From the sequence record DRR723986_9346: a stretch of DNA of 64,000 bases. One strand, written 5' to 3'. A program made the position numbers and the translations under genes. The first letter of the stretch is position 1, and each line of letters starts with the position of its first letter. The notes beneath the pieces were generated by a model. It searched no databases, had not been told where the DNA came from, and worked only from the letters and a program-made list of their open reading frames with translations. Shown in pieces: positions 19,475 through 29,664 of the stretch.

Positions 19475-19482
19475 CAAAGATA
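19475..19482 (-). promoter_or_regulatory. -7 promoter element of crtD-cruF-crtY
   Basis: TATCTTTG 8 nt upstream of the ATG (near-leaderless). Confidence 0.6.
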
Positions 19483-19546
19483 AGGACAAAGCAGAATCCG
19501 AATTACACATATTAACATTTCATAAGGAATATAATTTAGCATCACT

Positions 19547-19581
19547 AAAAAAAAGAACAGCATCACATTGATGCTGTTTTT
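19547..19581 (-). terminator. Intrinsic terminator of guaB
   Basis: AACAGCATCA-cat-TGATGCTGTT with flanking A/T runs. Confidence 0.8.
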
Positions 19582-19602
19582 ATTTATATGAAATTCTAGT
19601 TT

Positions 19603-21072
19603 TTACCTTGAATAATTAGGTGCCTCTTTGGTAATTGTAACATCGTGTGGATGACTTTCATTAATACCACTAGCTGTGATTTTTACAAATCGACCTTTTT
19701 CTTTTAAAGTCTCTACATCTTTCGCACCACAATAGCCCATACCAGCTCTTAGTCCACCAACAAATTGGTGAATACTCTCTACCAATTCACCTTTGTAAGG
19801 AACACGCCCTACAATACCTTCTGGAACTAATTTTTTAATATCATCCTCTACATCTTGAAAATACCGGTCTTTACTTCCTTGTTTCATAGCTTCAACAGAA
19901 CCCATACCACGATAAGACTTAAATTTTCGGCCTTCGTATATAATAGTTTCTCCAGGACTCTCTTTAGTACCTGCTAAAAGCGAACCTAACATTACTGTAT
20001 CTGCACCTGCAGCTATGGCCTTTGGTATATCTCCAGTATATCGAATACCACCATCTGCAATTACTGGAACTCCCGTGCCCTTTATAGCATTTGCAACTTC
20101 TAATACGGCTGAAAATTGCGGAAATCCAACACCTGCAACCACACGTGTTGTACAAATAGAACCAGGTCCAATACCTACTTTAACAGCATCAGCACCAGCA
20201 TCTACTAAATATTTTGCAGCTTCACCTGTAGCAATATTACCAACAATAACGTCTAAACTTGGGAATTTTTGTTTAATCTCTTTTAAAACAGAAACCACAC
20301 CTTTAGTATGCCCATGTGCGGTGTCTATCACAACAGCATCAACACCAGCCTTCACTAAGGCTTCTGCCCTATCTACGGCATCGCCAGTTACGCCGATGGC
20401 AGCAGCCACGCGTAATCTTCCGTAGGTATCTTTATTAGCAATTGGCTTTTGAGTGACTTTAGTTATATCTCTAAACGTAATTAATCCGGCTAGTTTATCA
20501 CCTTCAACAATTAGTAGTTTTTCTATTTTATTTTCTTGAAGTATCGCCTCTGCATCTTTTAATGATGTACCTTTTGGTGCTGTTACCAAATTATCTTTGG
20601 TCATAACTTCTACTATAGGTCCATCATTACGATGTTCAAATCTTAAATCTCTATTTGTAACAATACCTTTGAGTATACCATGGTCGTCAACAATAGGAAT
20701 ACCACCAATACTATGTTCTCGCATTGCATTTTTCGCATCAGCAACAATAGCATTCATTGGAAGCGTAACGGGATCTATAATCATACCACTTTCTGCACGT
20801 TTCACTTTACGTACCTTTTGAGCCTGTTGCTCTATAGTCATATTTTTGTGTAACACACCTATACCGCCTTCTTGTGCCATAGCAATGGCCATTTTACTCT
20901 CTGTAACTGTATCCATAGCAGCCGAAACTACAGGGATATTGATGGTAATATTTCTAGTAAATTTTGTTTGAATATTTACTTCGCGAGGAAGTACCTCAGA
21001 AAATGCTGGTACTAAAAGGACGTCATCATAGGTAAGACCTTCACCTAAGATTTTGTTTTCGTGTGCTATCAT
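19603..21072 (-). CDS. guaB: IMP dehydrogenase
   Basis: [22 protein letters not shown] pair, [17 protein letters not shown]. Confidence 0.98.
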   Translation of the reverse strand: MIAHENKILGEGLTYDDVLLVPAFSEVLPREVNIQTKFTRNITINIPVVSAAMDTVTESKMAIAMAQEGGIGVLHKNMTIEQQAQKVRKVKRAESGMIIDPVTLPMNAIVADAKNAMREHSIGGIPIVDDHGILKGIVTNRDLRFEHRNDGPIVEVMTKDNLVTAPKGTSLKDAEAILQENKIEKLLIVEGDKLAGLITFRDITKVTQKPIANKDTYGRLRVAAAIGVTGDAVDRAEALVKAGVDAVVIDTAHGHTKGVVSVLKEIKQKFPSLDVIVGNIATGEAAKYLVDAGADAVKVGIGPGSICTTRVVAGVGFPQFSAVLEVANAIKGTGVPVIADGGIRYTGDIPKAIAAGADTVMLGSLLAGTKESPGETIIYEGRKFKSYRGMGSVEAMKQGSKDRYFQDVEDDIKKLVPEGIVGRVPYKGELVESIHQFVGGLRAGMGYCGAKDVETLKEKGRFVKITASGINESHPHDVTITKEAPNYSR

Positions 21073-21097
21073 GATACAATTAAGATATAATTGCGTG

Positions 21098-21105
21098 CAA
21101 ATCTA
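21098..21105 (-). promoter_or_regulatory. -7 promoter element of guaB
   Basis: TAGATTTG followed by C on the minus strand, 25 nt before the ATG. Confidence 0.6.
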
Positions 21106-21185
21106 CGTATTTTATTTCATTTTAAACGTTAATAAAAGTTTAAGTATGTTTTACGAATCCTGAATAATATAAGCAATCGAAAGGT

Positions 21186-21626
21186 CTATAAGTTCCGTTT
21201 TATAAATCCTTGTGGAATATAAAGGGTTTCAGAATCATAAAAACTAATATAGATTAGAATAGGCTTTTTAATGCCGTCATATGTAACTTCATAAATATCA
21301 ACCAAAGCGACACCATCGTAACCATTTTTACTTTTATAACCGCATCAAGCTCCACGTCTATGATAACTCGATTCTTCACCGTTAGGACCTGATAGTGATG
21401 CCAAATAACGCAATTGATTCTTGACACTTTTTTCACCCACTTTTACAGGATTATCACCAGAAAGACCATAATCTTTGTCTTTTGAATATTCAGAGATATC
21501 AAAAAACGGTGTGTGATTAGATGCCCTTGTGGCATGTGTAGCACCTGCACTTGTAATTTTAGATTTTTTTGCACCACAAGAAGAAAATAAAATGAATAAG
21601 AAAAAGAGTCTAAGTAAGGGTTTCAT
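21186..21626 (-). pseudogene. Lipoprotein gene interrupted by in-frame TGA (21345-21347)
   Basis: Lipobox FSSC; frame continues past TGA: ...GPNGEESSYHRRGA*CGYKSKNGYDGVALVDIYEVTYDGIKKPILIYISFYDSETLYIPQGFIKRNL-TAG (146 codons). Confidence 0.75.
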
Positions 21627-21728
21627 TTGAATTAATTTTTATTCAATTTATAACTTTTCTTACAACAATAAAAGTTTTACGAAACTATTTTCCTCACTTT
21701 TTATTTGACTATCAAATAGTTATAAATT

Positions 21729-21823
21729 TTATTTTTATTTATTCTAAATAAACTTTGAAAAACAACAATTTGACACTAATTTTGCGCGCTGAAACATTAT
21801 CTATTTTTAATAAGTCTAAATAA
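21729..21823 (+). promoter_or_regulatory. Two Fur-like boxes flanking the -7 promoter of the TBDR
   Basis: TTATTTTTATTTATTCTAAATAA (21729-21751) and CTATTTTTAATAAGTCTAAATAA (21801-21823); TAATTTTG at 21777-21784. Confidence 0.65.
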
Positions 21824-21830
21824 AATTACA

Positions 21831-24056
21831 ATGAAGTATACCTTATTATTACTAGCTTTATGCGCTGTTATGACAATACAGGCTCAAGAAAAAAAGAATG
21901 AAAAGCCCAAAGATTCTATTCAAAACCTTGACGAGGTTATAATTAACACCAATTACATTTTTGGAAATAAATATGTGGCTAAAAACAGAACAGGTTCAGC
22001 GTATTACTTATCACCAGAAGAGCTGAAAAAATTTAGTTATACTGATATAAATCGTGCATTAAGGTCAGTACCCGGAGTTACCTTTTACGAAGAAGATGGC
22101 TTTGGTTTAAGACCAAACATAAGTTTAAGAGGTACATCACCTCAACGTAGCGCCAAAATATCATTAATGGAAGACGGTGTCTTGATAGCTCCGGCACCTT
22201 ACAGTGCGCCTGCAGCCTACTATTTTCCGTCTGTAGGTCGTATGCAAGCCGTAGAAATATTAAAAGGGAGTAGCCAAGTACAATTTGGTCCCTTTACCAC
22301 TGGTGGAGCCATTAATATGATTTCCGCACAAATACCAAAAAAGTTAAAGGTTGAAGTTAGAGCAAGCTATGGTGCTTTTGATACACAACAAATTTTAGCG
22401 AGAGTCGGAGATAGCAAGCAAAATTTTGGTTATATGGTAGAATACTTAAACTTTGGTTCTAACGGATTTAAAAATCTTCCAGATAATAGCAATACTGGGT
22501 TTGACATTAATGAGGTTACTGCAAAGTTTAGGATTAACTCTAATGCCGATGCTAAATTAAAACAAGCCTTCGAAGCCAAGTTTCATTATTATGACGAACG
22601 CTCAAATGAGACCTACTTAGGACTAACAGAACAAGATTTTGAATCGTCTCCTTATAGCAGGTATGCATCTTCACAAGATGATAAAATGACAGCCGAACAA
22701 ATTCAGTTGATGTTAACGCATACTTTAGATTTTGGAAAGAACTTTAGAATTACTACAAACGGTTATTACAACAAGTTTTCACGTAATTGGTTTAAACTAG
22801 ATGATGTTGTATTTAATGGTGACAAACAACGTATTGCTGATGTTGTTGGTAATCCTTCTCAATTTGAAGATCACATGGCCATTGTTCGCGGAGATGTTGA
22901 TTCTGCTGCAGATGCACTTTTACTAAAAGCTAATAACCGTGTATACTATTCTAAAGGAATACAAACAAAATTAGATTATCACTGGTATGGTGAAAATACA
23001 TTTCATGACATAGAGATTGGTTTACGCTATCACTACGATGAAGAGGACCGTTATCAATGGGAAGATGGTTATAGTATTATCAACCAGGAAATGTCTAGAA
23101 CGTCTTTAGGTCCAAGAGGTGCACAAGGAAATCGCATTAGCAGTGCAACTGCATTTGCAACCTATGCTATGTACAAATTAAAATATAAGGACTTAACATT
23201 AACACCTGGAGTACGCTATGAAAACATTGTATTGCATCGTGAAAACTTTGGTAATGATGATCCAACAAGAACTGGAAGTGATTTAGCATTCCATGAAAAT
23301 AAGGTTGACATCTTTATTCCTGGAATTGGCTTTAATTACGCCTTCTCAAATGATGTTGCAGTATTTGGTGGTATACATAAAGGATTTTCCCCTCCTGGTA
23401 GTGAAGACGGTGAGAAACCAGAAGAGAGTATAAATTATGAACTAGGCTCTCGTTTTACAATCGGTCAATTACGAGGTGAAATTGTTGGATTCTACAATGA
23501 TTACAGTAATTTACTTGGAAGTGACTTAGCGGCAACAGGTGGTACTGGTTCTTTAGATCAGTTTAATGCTGGTGAAGTTGCTGTTAGTGGTCTTGAGTTA
23601 CTTTTAAATTATGAGTTACTACCTAACAATACTAAGTTTAAAATACCTATATCTTTAGGATATACTTTTACTAACACTGAATTCTTAAATAGTTTTGGAA
23701 GTAATGAAGGCGTTTGGGGAGAAGTAAATGAAGGTGATCAGTTACCTTATATACCGACACATCAGTTTAATACAATTATTTCATTAGAACATTCAAAATA
23801 CAAGTTAAACCTAAGCGGACGTTACAATGGAGAATTTAGAACACTGGCAGGTTCTGGAGATATTCCTAATGATGAATTGGTGGCATCAAATTTTATAATT
23901 GATTTTTCTGCAAAATATCATTTCTCAAAAAACTTAAGCTTAACAGGAAACATTATAAATATGCTAGATGAAGTTTATGCGGTGTCTAGAGTTCCTGCAG
24001 GTTTAAGACCTGGACACCCTTTTGGAGCAAATTTAGGATTTGAGTTTAGATTTTAA
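21831..24056 (+). CDS. TonB-dependent receptor, FecA-like (probable iron uptake)
   Basis: Signal peptide, LDEVII TonB box, plug EEDGFGLRPNISLRG and VEILKGS, C-terminal Phe (GFEFRF); Fur-like boxes upstream. Confidence 0.9.
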   Translation: MKYTLLLLALCAVMTIQAQEKKNEKPKDSIQNLDEVIINTNYIFGNKYVAKNRTGSAYYLSPEELKKFSYTDINRALRSVPGVTFYEEDGFGLRPNISLRGTSPQRSAKISLMEDGVLIAPAPYSAPAAYYFPSVGRMQAVEILKGSSQVQFGPFTTGGAINMISAQIPKKLKVEVRASYGAFDTQQILARVGDSKQNFGYMVEYLNFGSNGFKNLPDNSNTGFDINEVTAKFRINSNADAKLKQAFEAKFHYYDERSNETYLGLTEQDFESSPYSRYASSQDDKMTAEQIQLMLTHTLDFGKNFRITTNGYYNKFSRNWFKLDDVVFNGDKQRIADVVGNPSQFEDHMAIVRGDVDSAADALLLKANNRVYYSKGIQTKLDYHWYGENTFHDIEIGLRYHYDEEDRYQWEDGYSIINQEMSRTSLGPRGAQGNRISSATAFATYAMYKLKYKDLTLTPGVRYENIVLHRENFGNDDPTRTGSDLAFHENKVDIFIPGIGFNYAFSNDVAVFGGIHKGFSPPGSEDGEKPEESINYELGSRFTIGQLRGEIVGFYNDYSNLLGSDLAATGGTGSLDQFNAGEVAVSGLELLLNYELLPNNTKFKIPISLGYTFTNTEFLNSFGSNEGVWGEVNEGDQLPYIPTHQFNTIISLEHSKYKLNLSGRYNGEFRTLAGSGDIPNDELVASNFIIDFSAKYHFSKNLSLTGNIINMLDEVYAVSRVPAGLRPGHPFGANLGFEFRF

Positions 24057-24078
24057 TGATTGATAGCTTAATTGGCTG

Positions 24079-24111
24079 GAAAGGCGTTACTTAATTTGAG
24101 TAGCGCTTTTC
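24079..24111. terminator. Bidirectional terminator
   Basis: GAAAGGCGTTACT...AGTAGCGCTTTTC hairpin between convergent genes. Confidence 0.7.
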
Positions 24112-24114
24112 GTT

Positions 24115-24978
24115 TTAGTGATATTTTGAAAATATTTTTGTTGCTTCATTATAGGCACTTTCAAAGCTCATTGCATTTAGGTCATGAGCTTTTTTTTGTG
24201 TAAAATAGGAGAGCATTTTTTCGGTTGGCATATTACCTGTTAATTCATCTTTTGCCATAGGACATCCTCCAAAACCTTGAATAGCTCCATCAAATCGTCT
24301 GCACCCTGCTTTATAAGCAGCATCAATTTTCTCAAACCAAGATGATGGAGTGGTGTGAAGATGTGCGCCAAATTCAATATCAGGATATTTTGGAATGAGA
24401 TTAGAAAACAAATAATCTATATTCTCAGCATCTGAACTTCCTATCGTATCACTCAATGATAAAACACCAACTCCCATTTTAGCTAATCGTTCGGTCCACT
24501 CACCTACTATATCAACACTCCATGGATCACCATAAGGGTTGCCAAAACCCATTGAAATATAAACGACAACCTTTTTATCTACTTTATCTGCAATCTCCAA
24601 AATCTCAAATAAGGTCACAACAGATTGTGCAATAGTCTTGTGCGTATTTCTCATCTGAAAGTTTTCAGAAATAGAAAATGGGAAACCTAAATAGTCTATT
24701 TGATTATGCTTAGATGCATCATTGGCACCGCGTGTATTGGCAATTATGGCAAGTAACTTACTACTTGTTTTACTTAAATCTAGTTGTGCCAATACTTCGG
24801 CTGTATCAACCATTTGCGGAATAGCTTTTGGTGATACAAAACTTCCAAAATCTATGGTATCAAAACCAACTCTAAGTAGTGATTGTATGTACTGTACTTT
24901 TTTCTCTGTAGGGATAAATGCTTTAATGCCTTGCATGGCATCTCTTGGACATTCTATGAGTTTAACAGTTGTATTCAT
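24115..24978 (-). CDS. hmgL: Hydroxymethylglutaryl-CoA lyase
   Basis: ECPRDAMQG, SFVSPKAIPQM, LSDTIG, GAHLH, GFGGCPMA, GNMPTE. Confidence 0.9.
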   Translation of the reverse strand: MNTTVKLIECPRDAMQGIKAFIPTEKKVQYIQSLLRVGFDTIDFGSFVSPKAIPQMVDTAEVLAQLDLSKTSSKLLAIIANTRGANDASKHNQIDYLGFPFSISENFQMRNTHKTIAQSVVTLFEILEIADKVDKKVVVYISMGFGNPYGDPWSVDIVGEWTERLAKMGVGVLSLSDTIGSSDAENIDYLFSNLIPKYPDIEFGAHLHTTPSSWFEKIDAAYKAGCRRFDGAIQGFGGCPMAKDELTGNMPTEKMLSYFTQKKAHDLNAMSFESAYNEATKIFSKYH

Positions 24979-25014
24979 TGCCTCAAATATAAGAGTTAAA
25001 TACGGTTTTTAACC

Positions 25015-25632
25015 TTACATTAAAATGAAAATTGCAATACCAATAAATACAACAATTTGCAGCCATTTAAAAACGATACCTGAGTTTTTATAGCTAAGCG
25101 TATACTCCTTAATTTGGCCAGCCAATAATGCAATTGTTGAAAAAATAATAAAAGACAAAATCATAAAAATACCACCTAAGATGTAAAACTGTAGTACTGT
25201 ACTCATAGTTTCACTAAATAAAAAACCAGGAAAAAATGCCAAAAAGAAAATAGTCACCTTTGGGTTAAGTACATTCATAAAAAAACCCTGAACAAATAAG
25301 CCTTTTAAACTTTTCTTTGGCACTCCATGTTCATTTAAATTAATGGTTGAAGCAGATTTATAGACTTTAAAAGCTAAATAGACCAAGTAAATAGCACCTA
25401 AGATTTTAATCCCTGTAAAGATATTTTCATTGGCTTTAATTATTGCAGACACACCGAATGCTAACAACGTGGTATGAACAATACATCCTGTAATAAGGCC
25501 ACACACTGTAGCTAATCCATAAGATTTTCCATTGGTTAAACTTTGTACTAAAACATAAAGATTATCTGGCCCAGGAGAAATAGCCAAGGCAGTTGTAGCT
25601 AATGCAAATGAAATTAATAAGTCGTAACTCAA
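25015..25632 (-). CDS. LysE/RhtB family translocator
   Basis: ISPGPDNLYV, GAIYLVYLA, NVLNPKVTIFF; TTG start. Confidence 0.92.
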   Translation of the reverse strand: MSYDLLISFALATTALAISPGPDNLYVLVQSLTNGKSYGLATVCGLITGCIVHTTLLAFGVSAIIKANENIFTGIKILGAIYLVYLAFKVYKSASTINLNEHGVPKKSLKGLFVQGFFMNVLNPKVTIFFLAFFPGFLFSETMSTVLQFYILGGIFMILSFIIFSTIALLAGQIKEYTLSYKNSGIVFKWLQIVVFIGIAIFILM

Positions 25633-25728
25633 AGATTAAAGTTTTTACTAAAATACACTAAATGAAAATATAATGTAAGTGATTAAAACTCATAGCGACT
25701 GAAACTGAATACACTAAAAAAAAGCAAG

Positions 25729-26649
25729 ATGAAAAAAATTACTAAATCAATTACATTGGTTGTGGTAGGTCTATTTACCACAATAAGTTTCGCTCAATCT
25801 ACAGCAACATACGATATTACGTTTACAAGTGTCTGGAATTCAAATCACCATGGAACCCTTCCTGGAAGTGCACATTAGTCTGACTTGGTTGGTGCTACAC
25901 ACAACAGTGACGTCACATTTTTAGAAATGGGTGGCATGGCTACTCCTGGCATTGAATTGGTTGCAGAGGCTGGTTCTAATGGAGTATTTAATAGCGAAGT
26001 TAATACTGCAATAAATTCTGGTTATGCAGACCAGTGGTTACAAAAATCTGTCGATCCGTTTGCGGCTATTGCCTCAGCAACATTAAGTGATGTTGTAGTT
26101 TCAGAAGATTTTCCGTTACTTTCCTTAGCATCTATGATTGCGCCAAGTCCTGACTGGATTATTGCGGTAAATAGTTTAGACTTATGGGATTCTAATACTT
26201 GGAAAGACTCTTTTACTGTAGATCTATATCCTTATGATGCTGGTACAGAAGATGGATTCGGTTATTCTGGTAATAACCTTCCAACGAGTCCAAGAGGAGT
26301 AATCACCAATGTGGCAGGTGCAAGTGAATATCCATTTGGTCCGGAAAAAATCGGAACACTAACGATTACATTTAAAAGCACAACCTTAAGTGTTAATGAC
26401 TTAGGAGCAAACGCTTCGGTTAGATTATTCCCAAATCCAATAACAAATGGAAAGATTATTATTTCTAATGCCGAAACTGTTGAAGATATTGCTATTTATG
26501 ATGTTTTAGGTAAAGAAGTTATACGTTTTAATAACAAAGGCATTGAAGAAGAAACGTATGATATTACTAATTTAACTAGTGGTACTTATATCATAAGAAT
26601 AATAGATATAAAAGGTAATATTGATCACAAAAAACTACTAGTTAAGTAG
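25729..26649 (+). pseudogene. Spondin_N-domain T9SS cargo gene with premature TAG (25876-25878)
   Basis: In-frame signal peptide MKKITKSITL..SFAQ, then ATYDITFTSVW..GSAH*SDLVGATH, SMIAPSPDW, YDAGT, and T9SS CTD (LFPNP, IYDVLGKEV, SGTYII, KKLLVK). Confidence 0.8.
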
Positions 26650-26725
26650 GAAAAAAGTTACTTTTAACAGTATTTCAACGATTAAAAGCGGTAAAATATA
26701 TCTAAAATTTATATTTTAGAGCGCT

Positions 26726-28480
26726 ATGAAATTTAATCCTCGGAAAATGAATTTAACTAAAGTGATCAGGCAATATTTAATATTCGCCTTTGTATTAACA
26801 TTTACTGCAGTATTTGCACAAGAAGACGAGTGTGGTTTTGAGATGACTCCTGAAGCCCAACGTTATTATGACTCAATTAAGGAGCAAGTAAAAGTTTACG
26901 AACAGCAATTTTTAAATGATATGATTGCAGGCAGAAGTTCTACTCTACTGAGCTCTATACCTGTTAAAGCTCATATTATTAGAACATCTACTGGTAGTGG
27001 TGGATTAACCAATACAGAACTCGATCAGGCGATGTCTATTATGAACAGTATTTATGTAAATGCTGGGATTGAGTTTTTCTTATGCGATGGTATCAATTAT
27101 ATAAATAGTGATACTTGGTACGATTATGAAACAAGTGATGAAAGTGCAATGACAGGAGTACATAATGTTGCTGGTGTGATTAATATTTATTTCGCAAATT
27201 CTATAGTAAACAGTTCTGGTGGTGGCTTATGTGGTTATGCTTACTTTCCAGGAGGACCAGAAACCATATTAATGGCAAATAGTTGTGCAACCAATGGTAG
27301 TACATTATCGCATGAAATGGGACATTTCTTTGCCTTGTCACATACACATGGTAACAGCAATGTGGCTGGTTCTACTGAAGAATTAGTAGATGGTTCTAAT
27401 TGTGATTCTACAGGCGATGGTATTTGTGATACACCTGCAGATCCAAAATTAGGAACATTCAATGTTAACGGCGCATGTCAATATTTTGGTTTTATGCAAG
27501 ACGCTAACAGTGAATTATATCAGCCAGATCCTCTTAATTTAATGTCTTACTCGCGTAAAGTATGTAGAACATTATTCTCACCTCAACAATACGCCAGAAT
27601 AAATGCAGTATATCAGGTATCTAGAAGTAGTATGGCATGCCCTAGTTTTAGTGCAGATTTTGTGGCTGATGAAACAGAAAGTTGCGCAGCCAACTTAACT
27701 GTTAATTTTACTGACAATAGTATTGGTGCTACTGGATGGTCTTGGGATGTAGATGGAGATGATATCATTGATTACACTACCCAAAATGTCACACACACCT
27801 ATAATAGTGCGGGTGAATATGATGTAGCACTTACAGTGTCTAACGGGTCTACAGATATAAATAAAGTTAAGACTGAATATATTGACGTTGGTGCACATGA
27901 AATTAGTACAGCATCTATAGAATTAAAGCTATTTTTAGATGATTGGCCTGCTGAAACCAGCTGGCAGTTCTTAGATGGTAATGATGCTGTTTTATATTCT
28001 GGCGGACCTTATACGGAAGGTGTTGATGACTTTACAACGATAACTGAAACGTTTACCATAAACCCTGATCTTTGTTACAAATTTGTAATTAGTGATAGCT
28101 ATGGAGATGGTATTTGCTGTTTCTCTGGTGATGGTTATTATGAGTTAAGAGCTAACGATAATACCCTATTAGCAACTGATGGCGATTTTCAATTCGGAAC
28201 TTCTAATAATTTTTATAGTGGTGTATTAAGTGTCGACTCATTTAGTACGGAAACCATAGCTTTATTTCCAAATCCGTCTTCTAGCATGATAACAGTTAAA
28301 ACACAGTCGTTGCCAGATTTTTATGAGGTTTATAACACTTTAGGTCAAGTTTTGAAAAGATCTAAGGTAGAACGTGAAAATGATTTAAATGTAAATATCG
28401 AAAGTCTTAATGACGGTTTATATTTCATTAAACTTTCCAGAGGAAATTCGAGCCAGGTATTATCCTTTGTTAAGAATTAA
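26726..28480 (+). CDS. Secreted M43 (pappalysin/ulilysin-like) zinc metalloprotease with PKD and T9SS CTD
   Basis: HEMGHFFALSHT, DGICDTP, NLMSY Met-turn, PKD (WSWDVDGD..HTY..G.YDVALTV), CTD LFPNPSS..VYNTLGQ..GLYFIK. Confidence 0.9.
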   Translation: MKFNPRKMNLTKVIRQYLIFAFVLTFTAVFAQEDECGFEMTPEAQRYYDSIKEQVKVYEQQFLNDMIAGRSSTLLSSIPVKAHIIRTSTGSGGLTNTELDQAMSIMNSIYVNAGIEFFLCDGINYINSDTWYDYETSDESAMTGVHNVAGVINIYFANSIVNSSGGGLCGYAYFPGGPETILMANSCATNGSTLSHEMGHFFALSHTHGNSNVAGSTEELVDGSNCDSTGDGICDTPADPKLGTFNVNGACQYFGFMQDANSELYQPDPLNLMSYSRKVCRTLFSPQQYARINAVYQVSRSSMACPSFSADFVADETESCAANLTVNFTDNSIGATGWSWDVDGDDIIDYTTQNVTHTYNSAGEYDVALTVSNGSTDINKVKTEYIDVGAHEISTASIELKLFLDDWPAETSWQFLDGNDAVLYSGGPYTEGVDDFTTITETFTINPDLCYKFVISDSYGDGICCFSGDGYYELRANDNTLLATDGDFQFGTSNNFYSGVLSVDSFSTETIALFPNPSSSMITVKTQSLPDFYEVYNTLGQVLKRSKVERENDLNVNIESLNDGLYFIKLSRGNSSQVLSFVKN

Positions 28481-28500
28481 TAATAGAAAAACTAATAGAC

Positions 28501-28528
28501 AAGGCGCAGTTTTTACTGCGTCTTTTTT
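28501..28528. terminator. Terminator between M43 gene and pyrD
   Basis: AAGGCGCAGT-tttt-ACTGCGTCTT followed by TTTT; overlaps pyrD stop. Confidence 0.7.
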
Positions 28529-29550
28529 AGTATTGCTTTATTAATGTTTTTTATAAGTCTTGGTCCTTCGTAGATAAAACCAGTGTAAATCTGTACTAAA
28601 TCTGCTCCAGCATTCAATTTTTCAATGGCATCTTCAGCCGAGTGAATACCACCTACTCCAATGATTGGAAACGCTTTATCGCTGTTATCCGCTAAGTATT
28701 TTATAACACGTGTCGATTTTGATTTTATCGGTTGGCCGCTTAAACCACCATTTCCGATTTCTGTTAATCTCTCATCAGAAGTTCTTAAGCCATTTCGATC
28801 TGTAGATGTATTACTTGCTATAACACCATTAAGATTGGTTTCGTTAACAAGTTCTATAATTTCATCGAGTTGACCATCATTTAAATCTGGTGCAATTTTT
28901 AATAGAATTGGTTTCTGTTTTTCAAAATCTAAATTGGCCTTCTGTACGGCACCAATTAATTCTAGTAAATAATCCTTATCATTTAATTTGGCATGACTAC
29001 CTACATTAGGACAACTCACATTAAGCACAAAATAATCAACGTAAGGATGCAGCGCATTAAAACATTCTAAATAATCCTTGGTGTAATCTTCAGGTTTCGT
29101 TTGGGTATTCTTTCCAATATTTCCACCAATAATTAATTGACCTTTGTTTTTCTTTAATTGTGAAATTGCAGCCTCAAGACCTTCGTTATTAAAACCCATA
29201 CGATTAATAATGCCTTGATCTTCTTTTAATCGAAACAAGCGCTGTTTTGGGTTACCAATCTGACCCTTTGGCGTTACGGTTCCTATCTCAATAAACCCAA
29301 ATCCAAAATTTGCAAGTTCATTGTATAAGACAGCATTTTTATCAAAACCAGCAGCCAGACCAACAGGGTTCTTAAATGTTAAACCAAATAATTGTCGTTC
29401 AAGTTTAGCGTCATCAACCAAATACATGCTTTTAAAAAGACCCTTCATTCCAGGGATTTTAGATATAAACCTAATTAGTGAAAACGTAAAATGATGGACT
29501 TTTTCCGGATCAAAAGAAAATAATATTGGTCTAATAATAGCTTTATACAT
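28513..29550 (-). CDS. pyrD: Quinone-dependent dihydroorotate dehydrogenase
   Basis: [42 protein letters not shown] 29550 preferred. Confidence 0.96.
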   Translation of the reverse strand: MYKAIIRPILFSFDPEKVHHFTFSLIRFISKIPGMKGLFKSMYLVDDAKLERQLFGLTFKNPVGLAAGFDKNAVLYNELANFGFGFIEIGTVTPKGQIGNPKQRLFRLKEDQGIINRMGFNNEGLEAAISQLKKNKGQLIIGGNIGKNTQTKPEDYTKDYLECFNALHPYVDYFVLNVSCPNVGSHAKLNDKDYLLELIGAVQKANLDFEKQKPILLKIAPDLNDGQLDEIIELVNETNLNGVIASNTSTDRNGLRTSDERLTEIGNGGLSGQPIKSKSTRVIKYLADNSDKAFPIIGVGGIHSAEDAIEKLNAGADLVQIYTGFIYEGPRLIKNINKAILKKTQ

Positions 29551-29664
29551 AGTAGCGGTTTTGCACTGCAAAAATAAACCAATTCACCTCAAATAAAAAG
29601 AAACTCGTTGAGACTTGTCCCTTAACTTAGTCTTGGTTATTTTTGAGCTATATACTGCAATATT

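Noticed and set aside
20015-20821. Antisense ORFs over guaB (similarly 4087, 14199, 24722, 27241, 31701, 32108, 49927, 53288-54201, 55766, 60841)
   Set aside because: Shadow ORFs opposite well-supported genes, with no recognisable motifs
21254-21436. 60-aa minus-strand ORF as a separate gene or frameshift partner
   Set aside because: The real continuation is in the same frame as 21345-21626, past the TGA
21345-25878. Genome-wide stop-codon reassignment explaining the TGA and TAG
   Set aside because: TAG (e.g. 26647-26649) and TGA (55456-55458) end intact genes here, and core genes have no internal stops
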